Positions 1 to 14,110 of a DNA stretch of 64,000 nucleotides are shown here, piece by piece (the first letter of the stretch is position 1; every line of letters begins with the position of its first letter). Made by a program: the position numbers and the translations under genes. The notes under the pieces are model-generated. The model was not told the DNA's origin. It did not search any database and saw only the letters and a list, made by a program, of their open reading frames with translations. This stretch comes from Octopus vulgaris (lineage: Eukaryota), in contig OX597825.1 of NCBI GenBank assembly GCA_951406725.2, positions 18,414,001-18,478,000 on the forward strand. Direction: 5' to 3'.

Positions 1-1417
1 AATGACCGTACCACTCCGCTTTATCGAATCTTTATGTTCTGAGTTCAAATCATACGAAAGTAAACATCCTGTTCACCCTTCTGGGGGGTTGATAAAATTC
101 GTGCGGTGTATTGGTAGAATGGTTAAAGAGTCGGTAAGAATGACTCGAAATATTCCGCCGAGGTCGACTTTGCGTTTCATCTTTTCGGGGTCGATTAAAT
201 ATGTACCACTTACGCACTGGGGTCGATATATTCGACTTAATCCGTTTATCTGTCCTTGTTTGGCCCCTCTGTGTAGCCCCTTGTGGACAGTAAAGAAGTA
301 AGAATCGTTAGAGCGCCGTAGAAAATGCCCCTCAGGTTTTCTTCCGATTCATTAAAATCCGAGTTCTAATACTGTGAGGAACGACTTTGTCGTTCGTTCT
401 TTCGGTATCGATAAAAAAAGAAAAAATTGAACACTGTGGAAGGTGTAATTGATTACCCCCAACCCAAACACCCGCCCCACCAAAAAAAAAAAAAAAAACA
501 TTTCCTGCTCTTGTGCGAAAATTTGTAAGAAGTATTATTGATTTCAGTTTTATTGTTACAAAGTTATAAGCATTTTGTGCTTATTAATCTATCAAATCGA
601 AAGAGAATCTGAAAAGAGAATAATTGCATGCTAAATGCTAATGTAGTATTTGCGTTCATCTATCTTCCCTTCAAGGTTCAAATCCCGCAGGAGCCAACAA
701 AGTTTCCATTTCCATTCCGGCAAAAACATTTAAAAATAAATAACAACACCACGCTGGGACCGATTCCAAAGACATTACCGATCCATTAATAATAAATTCT
801 ATAACAATTTTCTTTCCTTCTCCGTCTCTTTATATATTTTGTTTTCTGTCATTTAAAGGTTACAAATAAATATGTATGTAGACACGAAACACGCAGGCGG
901 ACACAAACAAACGCACATGATCATGCGTAATCATCTTTCCCACTCTGTCCCTCCCTCCTCTCCTTCTCTCTCTCTTTCTCTCACGTTCACTACATCTCTC
1001 TTTATTACAGTATCAGGGTTATTGACCAGACAATCGGATTTTGTTATACACTGGTCACAATGCACTTCGCATCGTTTTCGCTTTCGAATGTCACCACCCG
1101 ACTGGTTAGGCAAGTAGTCCAACGTTACCCCTCACATCGGAAGACTAGTTGAGTGAACTGGGGCAACTTGAAATTAAGTGTTTTGCTCAAGAACACAACG
1201 CGTAGCCAGATCCAGGAATCGAAACCTCGATCTTACAATCATGAGTGCGTCACCACCAAATCACCAAATATCAAGCTGGTACAATAAAGTGTTTTTTGCA
1301 CGTGATTTAGACTAGTCCGGTATTATTGTTCAGAGTTTAGCAAATGTCTTTTTCTTTTCTTTTATATCTCATTAGAAGTTCCTTTTATGTTTTGTTTACT
1401 TTAGGTGGACAGCTGAA

Positions 1418-2100
1418 AAGTTAGGGCTTATAAATCTAATATTTCCCTATCCTTCCTTAATACTGGTTCCCATATGCTACTCATATCTGCACTCGGTCTG
1501 CTTAGGAGGTTGTTGTGTCCTAGCATATGTGCTGCTTCTTTCGTAATTTCCAGTGGTGTTCTCTGTCTATTATTTTAACTTCATCCCACAGTGGAAGGTG
1601 GTCTCTATTTTTTTTATACATAATCAGCTCTATATCTGATATATCAATATCTCCCTGTGTCACAGTTTTACTATGTTCGTCTAAACTTATTTTGAGAGGG
1701 CTGCATGTGTGCCTTTGTATAACCTACCACAGTTGCATGAGATAGAGTACACGCAGTTCATGGTCATATTCTCTTCTATTGGTGGTTTTATTCGAAGGAG
1801 ATATTTGCGAAGTGTTGTATTACTTGTGAATAATGCACTGACATCATATGGACCGCATATTTTTTGTATCTTTTCGGAGAGGCCTTTCGCATAGGGTAGA
1901 CATACAGTGTAAAGAGAGGTGATTGCTCGATGCCTAAAACATCGGGCAATGAATATAAGTAGCGGTCGTGATACCCACCACGAAGAAATGATCAAGCTCA
2001 GTAACAATCTATTAAGCAACAACTACCCCAAAAGCATACTCTTCAGTTCAATTAGGAAGAAAAGAGGGGATGAAACCGATAAACTGTCCACAGTCTGTCT
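1418..2100 (-). mobile_element. Penelope-like element 3' fragment (GIY-YIG end) with inverted 5' piece
   Basis: Minus ORF 1687-2022 reads TVCLPYAKGLSEKI...CVYSISCNCGRLYKG (PLE linker plus GIY-YIG). 1914-2100 on + encodes the preceding segment (IARCLKHRA...NNYPKS...KLSTVCL). Same family as 36180-37412. Confidence 0.85.
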
Positions 2101-2717
2101 TTGTTTCTTTGTTTTGGGAGGGGTTATTATCTGGAGTTGGTATAGTTGCGCTGTTGAATATAGTTATAGATTGTAGCTGTTGATTTTACTACAGGGATTC
2201 AATGAAAGTCTGGACCAACGCAACCTCTGTAATGGATATATGTCCTTTGAATTTGGTGGTGGTGGTGTTTTGATATCATGCTTTTACAAGAGAATTGAGT
2301 CCCTGGAACATGAACGAAGGGACAGTCACACATCAGACATAATCTTTTGTGTTGAGAATAGCAATAGATTTTAGGGTTCTGGGTTACATGAGTAGAAGTT
2401 ACTAAAGTATGATTTAGCCTTTAGTGGTGGTGGTGGTGTTGCAAGATGTGCAGTTTGGCTTTGAATGGTTTTGCTGGTATGGGTTGTGCGCCTTGTCCAA
2501 GACAAATGGTTGAAGTTACAGTCACAGCGTATGCATAGTTTCTCGCGTTGAAAATAGCGGCATATTTTCGTATTTCGTGTGGTCGTATTTTCACTTTACT
2601 TACAGTTCGAGGATTTATCATGGAGCGGTCAGTTACACTTTCAGATTGAGGTAGACAATGGGAGGAAGAAAAGAGTCATTCTTAATTAATTGGAGTAGTA
2701 ATAGTGGTAATGGTGGA

Positions 2718-3103
2718 TGTGGAAGCAGTCCGTCGGTTACGACGACGAGGGTTCCGGTTGATCCGAATCAACGGAACAGCCTGCTCGTGAAATTAACGTG
2801 TAAGTGGCTGAGCACTCCACAAACACGTGTACCCTTAACGTAGTTCTCGGGGATATTCAGCGTGACACAGAGAGTGACAAGGCCGGCCCTTTGAAATACA
2901 GGTACAACAGAAAAAGGAAGTAAGAGTGAGAAAAAGTTGTGGTGAAAGAGTACAGCAGAGATCACCACCATCCCTGCCGGAGCCTCGTGGAGCTTTAGGT
3001 GTTTTCAATCAATAAACACTCACAACGGCCGGTCTGGGAATCGAAACCGCGATCCTATGACCGCGAGTCCGCTGCCCTAACCACTGGGCCATTGCGCCTC
3101 CAC
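2718..3103 (-). mobile_element. tRNA-derived SINE (GTGGAGGCGCAATGG head)
   Basis: Minus strand carries A box TGGCCCAGTGG and B-box-like GGTTTCGATTCC. Flanked by TAGTGGTAATGGT duplicates. Head shared with 26072, tail shared with 49865-50190. Confidence 0.8.
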
Positions 3104-3595
3104 TTAGTGGTAATGGTAGTAACAGCAGAATAGTATGACAATGGTGATGAATGATCTCTTGTGTTATTCTGAGAAGAATTTGAGTGGCCTGACTGGGAAG
3201 AAAAGACTCTTGTTTAATAGGACATCAATTGTTTCTGTATTGAAGAGCGATAGCTAATGCTGACCTTGTTGTTGCTATTGTTTAGTTGTGGTGAGGATAA
3301 TTGTAGTAGGACATAATGTCAATGGTGCTGATGAGTCACTTGTGGTGTTTCCAGTAAATGAGAAAGTGGAGAGCGATACAGTGAAGGGCTATTCATTGTG
3401 GACTTCAGTGATTCATCAATGGTGCTTAGTATTAAGAAATGGCCGTGGCTGTTATATTGCTGTTATATGTATGTATATATATATTGGCCTGCTCGCTTAG
3501 CCAGCGGAGTAGCATCATTAGAAGGCTAAAACAATGCGAAGCGCATTGTGACCAGCGGTATGTAGCAACATCTGATAGCCTGGTCGGTCACGGTG

Positions 3596-4024
<429 letters not shown>

Positions 4025-4079
4025 AGATCGCTAGCCACTACACATTATTTATTTTTTCTCCTTGTTTCTTTCAGTATTG

Positions 4080-4116
4080 CTTTCTGTGGAAAAGCGTAGG
4101 GCTCGAAACGTTAACG
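4080..4116 (+). ncRNA. Degenerate minimal hammerhead-ribozyme motif (PLE-type)
   Basis: CTGTGGA-AAAGC-GTAGG-GCTC-GAAACGTT. Differs from CUGANGA at one core base and stem II has a mismatch. Confidence 0.45.
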
Positions 4117-4364
4117 ACCTTAATTATGCGGTTCTTCACGCTAACTAGTTGATAAATTCTTATAAAGATGTTATCCGATTTTAAAATTTTATACATATTT
4201 ATATATATATGCATACATGAGATTTGCTTCAGGCTAGAAATATGTCATCGAAGAGAAGACAATTTCTTCTGACAAATCTGAAGATCTCGTATATTTAATT
4301 CTTAAACTTTTTTAAAATTCTGTCTTTCTTTTACGAAATAAAGTTCTTCATTTTTTTGTCTTAT

Positions 4365-4775
4365 GCGTGGCGGTGTGGTAAGAAGGTTCAGTCCCATTGC
4401 GTGGCATCTTGGACAATTTTCTTCTGCTGTAGCTTCGGGTCGACAAAAGCTTTGTGAACGGATTTGGTAGATGGAAACTGAAGGAAGCCCGTCATATATA
4501 TGTATATATATGTGTGTGTGTGTGTTTATATGTACGTATGTATATTTTTGTGTGTGTGAGCCTGTGTCTATGTTGTCACATCACTTTCGCTTGATAACCA
4601 ATGTTAATGTGTTTACGTCCCCGTTACCTAGTGGTTCGGCAAAAGAGACCGATAGAATATATACCTGGCTTACAAGGAATAATTCCTGGGGTCGATTTGT
4701 TCGACTAAAACCCTTTACGGCAGTGCCCCGGCACGGCCACAGTCAAATGACTAACACTTTAACAGAATAAAAGAA
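4365..4775 (+). mobile_element. SINE of the 8213 family (diverged)
   Basis: GGTTCAGTCCCATTGCGTGGCATCTTGG ... CGGCAAAAGAGACCGATAGAAT ... CAGTCAAATGACT, shared with 8213-8617. Confidence 0.8.
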
Positions 4776-5531
4776 TGTGTGTGTGTGTGTGTGTACGCGC
4801 GCGTGTTTATATACTTATTTAATACATCACCTAACAAAGTTAACTTACCCTGATTTCCTAGATGCCTCCCTGTCCCTAGATTCTAACATTTATTAACAGT
4901 TTCTTCACTCGAGTGGAAAGCAAGCACTCTACAGACAGCTTGGATCAACGGTCACCCAATAGTTGTCATATTTTTTTCTGTGATTAATTTTTGGTACCCA
5001 ATACCCTATCAACGTACAATCAATTGTTCTGCAGTTTCCAATCTCAAACAAATTGCTGGTTCTATGTATACATTAGTGTTTCTATAACTAAAGTCATGTT
5101 TGATTTGTTGAGCTCATTCCGTGAATATGTCACGAAACATTACTCGGGTTACAGCAAATCATATCCATTTCTTTACAGTGGGAGAAAGTATAAATACTAC
5201 ACGATTCAAATGATCAGATAATATATGTACGTATTTCTCTAAAATATCATCTAAATATTTGTGTTAGGTCTACTCTCGAGGCCTTCCTGTTTATTGTCTC
5301 TTTAAAGGTTAGCCCAAAATATACACATATACACCCTGATGTCACCCGACTGACACGTTTAGGAGAATTTTCTTGACGTACAATAAATAGTACAACAGTC
5401 TCTCTTCAACGAGACCCTGGAAGACATTGCATTGTACTGGTTTCAAATTTTGGTACAAACCAGCAGGTTTTGAGGGGAGGATGCTAGACAATCACACCGA
5501 CTCTCCTGTTCAACTTGTAGTTATTTAAGCG

Positions 5532-6213
5532 CAGTGACGGCGCATGTGTAGGCACTGCTGAACTGCATCAGCCCCTATTTCCACTCGATATTCTCGATAA
5601 CATTCAACATAATGGGTCCTTTTTTCTTTAATTCTTTTCTACACTTATACATTATATAATCCTAAAGCTTAATGTCAGTAGCCGTCCCCTAGTTTATGAA
5701 ATAAATATAAAAATCCTTGTATACAACTGTGCGCTTCACAATTCCAACGATGCGGTGTTTGGCTGTTGTGCACATGCTCACTTGTCCGAGATAGGAAGCT
5801 TCACGCTAGGGAGAGAGTGCACTGTCGTTCACACAGAGCCTACCCCGGTGTGCTGGTGAAAGATAGCGCGTTGTGCTTGAAAACATGTTTACATTCTCGA
5901 ATGTGACAAAGTGTAGAATTAGATTTATTATCCTGCTTCTTGCGACAGTGCTGCTGCCACGATTTGAAAAAATAGGGCAATCCCGCCCGTTATTTTGTGA
6001 TTTATGTGGGATTTTTTAAAAAAAGGGCTAATTCGTGGCAATGTTCAGTGAACAAATTAAACACACTATTCGACAGTGGCTAAAACGCGAACCGATCAAG
6101 TTTATGCATAAATTTTCTTTTTCTATATTTGTTTCCTTTTACACAATATTAAAACAGCAGCTAAAAATTTTCTGAAGTAGCGCTCCACTAATTTTATCTA
6201 CGAGCCGCCATTG
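5532..6213. mobile_element. Non-autonomous hAT-type DNA transposon inserted into a SINE
   Basis: Imperfect TIRs CAGTGACGGCGC / GAGCCGCCATTG. Perfect 8-bp TSD TTTAAGCG at 5524-5531 and 6214-6221. The two flanks rejoin into a SINE body. Confidence 0.85.
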
Positions 6214-6337
6214 TTTAAGCGACATCAAAAGAATGAAAGACAAAGTCAACCTCGGTTGTATTTGAACTAGGAACATGAAGAGCCAGGAGAAATGTCGCAA
6301 AGTATTTTGTCAGACTTTGCCGGTTTGCTGCCTTAAC

Positions 6338-6608
6338 ATATGTTTGTTTGTTCCTTCTCGAGTTACGCCTGGCTCATTAGGGCCAGTTTCCCGGTTTCCT
6401 TGGTGTATAGGTTTCCCACCTGGACTGGACGCCGGTCCGTTGCAGGTGAGAGAAAGTTGTGGCGAAAGAGTCAGAAGTTCGCCATAACCTTCTGCCGGAG
6501 CTGCGTGTAGCCTAGGTGTTTCGCTCATAAAGACACACATCGCCCGGTCTTAGATTCTAACCTACGACCGCAAGTCCGCTGCTCTAAACACTAGGTCATC
6601 GGCTTCCA
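6338..6608 (-). mobile_element. tRNA-derived SINE (21025 family), internally deleted
   Basis: Reverse complement of most of 21025-21335. Confidence 0.8.
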
Positions 6609-7099
6609 CCTAATCGATTATACCTTGCCCTAATTTGTCACTGGTGACATCTTTAGAGGACATTATGAAGGTAACCGAGAATGTCCGTATTAGTTGATAC
6701 TTGAATTAAAAGCTTTCCATATCTAATCCTCTATCTGATAGTTCTTATTTCAAATCTTGCTGGTAGCAACATCGTTGCTGCTTTCGTGAAAGAATAGAAC
6801 ATGATTACCAAATAACTGATATTAAATGGTGCAAATTTAGAGATACATACAACACACATGTTTAAATACATAAAAATTATACAAACACATACACACATAC
6901 AGATTTGATAGCTTCAGCTGTAATAATGAAATATTTGCACAGATTCCTTATATGGTATCAATGTACGGAAAAAGTGAGAGTCACCTGATAGAATGATTCC
7001 CAATTCATTAAGAGCTCCACGTGGAAAACTTATCGTATATATGTTTTCCAGTTGATAACATGGGAGTAGTTAGACATCATATAAATCACTAGGTAATTA

Positions 7100-7501
7100 G
7101 GATCTTTTCGGTTTGAACGGCAGTTTTTTCTAGCGGTGTCATATGAAATTGTCACCCATAATTATGACCCTAGTATCGATCTATTGCATTAGAGTTGGGG
7201 TTGGGGGCAAGGATATCTTTTTTTCTTCACAAATATAAATAAACCCAATCTGTTTCATAAACGAGGGGCATATTCATACGGTACAGAATGTTTTCATCTC
7301 AATAGACGCCAATGATTAGTTGAAATTGCAGAAATTGAAGAAAATAAAACAAAACAAATATCTTACAAACTATAGAATTTTGCCAATAAAGCCAAGAGAA
7401 AGAGATGTTTTATAAATACATTCTACCAGTATACGAAGTTTAAAAGTGTTTAGTTACGTGGAAATTATTAAAAAAAACTGCCGTTCAAACCGAAAAGATC
7501 C
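7100..7501. mobile_element. MITE with 30-bp perfect TIRs (Merlin-like)
   Basis: GGATCTTTTCGGTTTGAACGGCAGTTTTTT ... AAAAAACTGCCGTTCAAACCGAAAAGATCC. 8-bp TSD GGTAATTA / GGTAAGTA (1 mismatch). GG termini with an 8-bp TSD fit Merlin; the superfamily call is an inference. Confidence 0.85.
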
Positions 7502-8212
7502 GGTAAGTATGCTATCACCTTGGTGTAGAGCTTATGAAGCATAATTTTCCTTTAGATTCGTCGATATCATAATAGCTCAACCAAATTAAAATATTACAAA
7601 CATTTAGCTGTGGTTCTATATTTAATAGATGAGGAATTATGTACATTATTTACATTATTTACATTTGACGGATATTAGTTCTCATCTTGTTTGTTGTTAA
7701 CACATACATACATACATACATACATACATACATACATACATACATACATACATACATACATACATACATACATACATACATACATACATACACAAATATA
7801 TATATATACATACACACATTTGGGTGAGGTATATATATGTAAGATGTTTTTTCTGGTAACATTATATTTTTATCGACCCCGGGATAAGGAAATGAAATAT
7901 CAACTCCGGTGAGAGTTCGATATTAGTGTATGAAGAGTTATGACTAAACTCCACATTGTATTGTATCCGTCACTCCCTCTGTAAACAATATCCAACAAAC
8001 CAATAACGCTACATAATGTTTAAGAGGAGGAAACAGTTGATTTAATCGATTATATCTCTTAAATGCTATTTATTTAATCTAACCCAAAGGACAATCGGCA
8101 AAGTGCGTCTCGGTGGGATTGGAGTTCAAAGCATAAGAGATGTAAATATATAGCCATTTTTACCGATTCTGTCCCCCGCCAAACGATCCTTTGCTTCTGA
8201 AACTCAATACAA

Positions 8213-8617
8213 GGCGCAGGAGTGGCTGTGTGGTAAGTAGCTTGTTTACCAACCACATGGTTCCGGGTTCAGTCCCACTGCTTGGCACCTTGTGCAAGTG
8301 TCTTCTACTATAGCCTCGGGCCGACCAAGGCCTTGTGATTGGATTTGGTAGACGGAAACTGAAAGAAGCCCGTCGTATATATGTATATATATGTGTGCGT
8401 GTATGTTTGTATGTCTGTGTTTGTCCCCCCCCCAACATCGCTTGACAACCGATGCTGGTGTGTTTATGTCCCCGTCATATAGCGGTTCGGCAAAAGAGAC
8501 CGATAGAATAAGTACTGGGCTTACAAAAAATAAGTCCCGGGGTCGAGTTGCTCGATTAAAGGCGGTGCTCCAGCATGGCCGCAGTCAAATGACTGAAACA
8601 AGTAAAATAGTAAAGAG
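8213..8617 (+). mobile_element. Full-length tRNA-derived SINE with internal (TA/TG)n
   Basis: A box TGGCTGTGTGG, B box GGTTCAGTCCC, CORE-like GGCACCTTGTGCAAGT, tail GACTGAAACAAGTAAAA. Many copies in the window. Confidence 0.9.
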
Positions 8618-10812
8618 TATATAGCCACTTTTACCGATTCTGTCCTCCGCCAAACGATCCTTCGCTTCTGAAACTCAATAACATAGAAATAAGGCAAGAA
8701 ATTATGACGGAGAGGAACTGAGAATTATATGGCGATTAGTTTTGACTGATGCCTTATTATATCGGTAGAATGAAATTTAAAGTTGGCCCCGAAGGAACTT
8801 GAACGCATAACGTAATTAACAAAAACAATTACGGTAATGCGTTTCTTTTTGGTTCCGACACTTGTAAACTTGGCACGAGTCCAGAAATTTAAGGGATGAG
8901 GTAAAGAATATTACCCCAGTAGTTTATTTTTACAGTATTCTATCGACCTTGTGGGAATGACGAGCAAAATTAACCTCGCCGAGATGCGCCCTACAGTAAA
9001 CTTATCAGACACAAGTAATCCACCATTAGATTAGTACGTTCTTGGTCACAAACAATAGGCAAAAGATTCTACTGAATGGAAACATGTTGGGTTAATATAA
9101 TCTTGACCGATGTGTCTAGTTTAACGAAGTGTTTGGTTCACTAAATCGATCTATTTACTTAATAGTTTCAAATTTTGACACAAGGCTAGTAATTTTGAAG
9201 TGGGATCAAAGTCGATTACAACTATCCCAGTATGCAACAAATACATATTTTATCGAACATGAAAAATGTCAAAGGCAAAATTGACCTCAGCAATATGTGA
9301 ACTGAAAACAAAGCTGAAATAAATGCCTCTAAGCATTTTGTTCGACTTTCAAACAATTTTGCCAGCTCACGGCATTCACACCATTATATACAATTGGTTC
9401 AGCACAATACGAAAAGTAAAATTCTGAACTATTAATTAATCACAGTATATTAAGACAATTTCGTGGTATATTTTCACGTGAATAATAGAGAGGGTTGATT
9501 CAACAGATCTTAATATAATACGGTTGTCTTTCCGCCGAGGTCGACTTTGCCTTTCATCCTTTCGAGGTCAATAAATAAGTGCCAGTTGAATGCTGGGGTC
9601 GATGTAATCGGCTTACCCGCTCCACTAAAATTGCTAGCCTTGTGCCAAATTTTGAAAACAAAGTATAATACAGTTGCAAAATGCAACGGCATTTCGTTCA
9701 TCTTTACATTCGGAGATCAAATTACGCCGAAGTCGACTTTGCCTTTCATCCTTTCGGGGTCGATAAAATAAGTACCACTTAACCCTCTTCCTGGAACTTG
9801 GGCATGTGCCAAAATTTGAAACCAATATAGTACAGTAGTTTATTTTGACAAACAATGTTTAAAAGTAGTAAGTAAAAAAATTTGAAAGTAAGAATTAATT
9901 ATACTCTATTAAGACAGAATTAAATTATACGGTTTTAAATTAATAATACATAGGCAGGGTTAATTCACGGATCTAACATAATATAATTGCTTACTTTGAC
10001 GAATCTGGAGTGATGAAAAACCATGTTGACCCAAGAGGTATAAAAACTCAGGACAGCAGAGTGAATGTAGAATCCACAGCAAGCAGAGGTGGTCTGTGTA
10101 AGCAAGTATTAATAGAAATAATTAAAAAATAGGTTTTTATACGGTGAGAAATACGAGAACTCTAAAGATTCAAGCAAAAGCCTTCGTCGGTGAGGAATGA
10201 ATTCTTAAAAAAATAAAATTTACCTTTTTTTTTTTTGGTTTTTCGACGACTGACAAATTTAAACAAAATTTTTGTAGAAGCTTCTCGTTACTGTGATACT
10301 TTCTGCTTCAGAGAAAAACAGGCAAGAAAGGAAGCTTTCCCTGTGTACATAGTAATCAACTTATCTTACTTTGAAGGAAAGAAAATTCTGCCTGAAATGC
10401 TAGATGTTTCTTCTACTCTGCATAAAATTCATTCAAGACTTTCAACTTGGAAAAAGAGAAAGAAAAACAAACAGGAATTCCAGAATTGTAGTTCGATGTT
10501 TTAGTCATTCTTCCTACCATATTTGCTGGTATACAAGCCGCACTTTTCTTTTCTTTATTTATTTTGCAAAAATAAATATCTCAAAGTAATAATCCTTAGT
10601 TCTATAAGCAATGTTGGGTCTATATCATATATACTTAAATACACTAAAACATAGGTTTTTGTATTGAATATGCGGTGCTGAAATTGGGGAGCCTCTAATA
10701 TGCCCTCGTGTCTTTTATACTATGAAATACAACGCTGTAAAATATTATTTTCTACTCTAGGCACCAGGCCCGAAATTTGGGGGGAATTTATTGATGTGAC
10801 TCCTGCCAACGA

Positions 10813-10905
10813 ATGAAAAGAGTTACAGTAAACTCTGTAACTCGCTTGCTCAAGGAAAGTCAAAAGCAGTCACGACTTATTGCATGTCGAGAATTGAAAG
10901 AGCAG
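10813..10905 (+). pseudogene. mariner transposase fragment
   Basis: MKRVTVNSVTRLLKESQKQSRLIACRELKEQ resembles the mariner WVPxxL linker region. Short, with no TIRs seen. Confidence 0.5.
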
Positions 10906-10919
10906 TTATATGCGGTACA

Positions 10920-11200
10920 TCATTTGCACGATGTAGAGAATACACCACCAGCATTACCAAACGACTTCAACATTAGCTTTAAAATTCATCCAATGTTGGT
11001 GGTGTATTCCCTACATCGTACAAATGATGTACCGCTCGCAGAGTCGCTGGAGAGAGTAGTGTTTCAATGCTTTAAGGCGGTCCCAGTAATCGAGATCAGT
11101 CATGCCCTTAATTCGTTTAGTGAATGCCCTATGGGGCGATTCAATTTTCGAGATGTTCTGTTTTGTGTGGGGAGACCACAAGGGATAGTTCATATCCAGT
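10920..11200 (-). pseudogene. CR1-clade LINE ORF2 C-terminal fragment
   Basis: PLWSPHTKQNISKIESPHRAFTKRIKGMTDLDYWDRLKALKHYSLQR is the typical WSP...IE.VQR.FTK.I.G...L.Y..RL..L.L.SL post-RT block. Confidence 0.8.
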
Positions 11201-11949
11201 TAAATGAAGAAAAGAAAATGGAGAGTAAGAAGTCAACAATTATTTATTATTAACGAATTGGTCATCTTTACTTCTTACAGCCGTTACAATTAATACTCGA
11301 TAATTTAATTACTGCATTAAATTTGCATTTATGTGACATGAGCATAATTTCTCCAAAGAAAAATATTATACCTAGTGATGTGTTATGTGGACCTATCAGT
11401 TCATTTCAGCATGTGTGTGTGAGCCTTTTGCACCGATTCCGTCTACCAAGGAACTGGTCAGCTGGAGGATATATGAATATATTTGGAAATACTTTGCCCT
11501 TGTCACCGGTTTTGGTTGCGAACCGAAATTCTTAACAGCACTGCTACGCCTGTTCCTATTAAAAGCTTCATAAGTAAACATAAACGTAAAACCATATTAA
11601 ATCCCTTCACTGGTTTAGCTTTACAAAAATTTTAAGGGAATGGTGATTATAAACTTTATGGCTGCCAGCAGATAGCGGATGCTTTTTACTTTCAGAGCAC
11701 GGTTGCTTGAGATGAACAAAGGAACGAACAAAAAGCTGATAACATATTTTGTTTATAGTTATATAAAATATTAGCGTATTATAATATATTGCTTATATTC
11801 GGAGCCAATTCTTTGAAGGCAGGCTGTAAAATCGATCAAATATTTAATTGACATAAAGGTATCAAGGACAAATATTATAGCTTCTCTGTTTTCGCTACAC
11901 CACACATGCGCGCACAAATATGAATAAATATATATATATGTGTATATGT

Positions 11950-12001
<52 letters not shown>

Positions 12002-12030
12002 ACATACATATATATATATATACACTCACG

Positions 12031-12077
<47 letters not shown>

Positions 12078-12474
12078 TATGTGTGCGGTGTAGGTACATG
12101 CATATGTATATATGCAAACACAGAATTCAAACAACTAACCAATGTGCTCAATACATACATGCATACACAAACATACACACATATATATATAAATATTGTG
12201 TACAATTTCGGGGGTTTTTTCATCCTTGTTTTCATATACATTCGCTTGGTTTCTTCTAAGGAATCTAGCGCTCTTAACTTAGACTTTTTCGTGGGTCGGG
12301 CAGATTGGAGCAGTCTCGAGTGTAACCGGCCGAAACTGCGAAGAAAATCTGAACTTGACTGAGGATATAAAACACCAAATGACCCGTCCTTGTTTTTTTT
12401 CCTGTTCTTTTTTGTATCGTCTAACTGTCCGAATGTTTTGTTGTTGCCTGTTACGTTCTTGTTCCATTTTGTGC

Positions 12475-12523
<49 letters not shown>

Positions 12524-12570
12524 CGAACATATATACACCGTCATATATGAAGCGAAACCACACACGGACC

Positions 12571-12627
<57 letters not shown>

Positions 12628-12871
12628 CATACATACATACATACATACATACATAATTACATACATACATACATACATAATTACATACATACATGTGTGT
12701 GTGTTTTATCAGTCGTTGGACCGCAGCCGTGCTGGGGGCACCGCGCTAATAGAATCGTTAGCACGTATAGCAAAATGTTTAGAGGCATTTCCTTCCGTCA
12801 CAACGTCCTGAGTTCAAATTGCGCCGCGGTTGACAGACAGGCAGTAGCGAGTTCGATTCCCGGCCCGCGCT

Positions 12872-13727
12872 GTGTTTTACCCTTGGGCAGGACACTTTAC
12901 TTCACGTTGCTTAAGTTCACGCGACTGTAAAAATGAATTGCGACGTCACCGGTGCCAAGCAGTATCTACCTTTGCCTTTCCCTTGGATAACATCGGAACG
13001 GTGGAGACGAGAGTCTACTAAGCCTGGGCGACTGCTGGTCCTTAATAAAGAACCTTGCCCGAACTTGTGCCTTGAATGGGAACTTCCTAGCTGCAATCCC
13101 ATGGTCATTCATGACCGAAAGATTTCCTTACCCTATTGCATGAAATAAACAGGACTGAACAAAGGGATAAACATATTTCAAAGCACCAGGTGATGCATGC
13201 AGTTGACTAATATCCAACGCACGAAACCTTTAGGTATGAAAACGAACAACCATTTATATATTTCTTTACTACCCACAAGGGGCTAAACACAGAGGGGACA
13301 AACAAGGACAGATAAATGGATTAAGTCGATTATATCGACCCCAGTGCGTAACTGGTACTTAATTTATCGACCCCGAAAGGATGAAAGGCAAAGTCGACCT
13401 CGGCGGAATTTGAACCCAGAACGTAACGCCAGACGAAATACGGCTACGCATTTCTCCCGGCGTGCTAACGTTTCTGCCAGCCCGAACAACCATTTATAAC
13501 TCGTCGTATATATTTAAGTAGAGCGATGCACGCGCATGCTTAATTTCATGTGTGTGTATGTGTGTAGGCTCGAATTTTTATGTGCTCCAAGTGGTGACTA
13601 AAATCTTGATTGCAGGCTTCATTTTAAAGTGGACGTCTATTTTTTTTTTTTATGTTCTTGACCTTAATCCTTCTCCCCCCCCCCACGCACCTTCTCTGAT
13701 TTTGTATTCTTCTAGGCCTTGTTTATG
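12872..13727 (+). repeat. Copy 1 of ~860 bp local direct duplication
   Basis: Near identical to 16755-17613, including the nested SINE and its TSD CGAACAACCATTTATA. Confidence 0.95.
13259..13482 (-). mobile_element. SINE of the 46174 family
   Basis: Reverse complement of 46174-46404; 16-bp TSD CGAACAACCATTTATA. Confidence 0.9.
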
Positions 13728-13860
13728 TTGTTCAATCTCTCCAATCTTTCTTTTTCAGCGTGCGCACGCACGTGACTATGTGTACATAAATTCGGTTCTG
13801 AAGCCCAATAAATACGGTATCTCTCTATTTTACCTGGCTGGTTAGCTAACAGCCTACCAG

Positions 13861-14110
<250 letters not shown>

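Noticed and set aside
2100-3440. Possible Penelope N-terminal remnants around the 2718 SINE
   Set aside because: Only short weak motifs, not enough to call.
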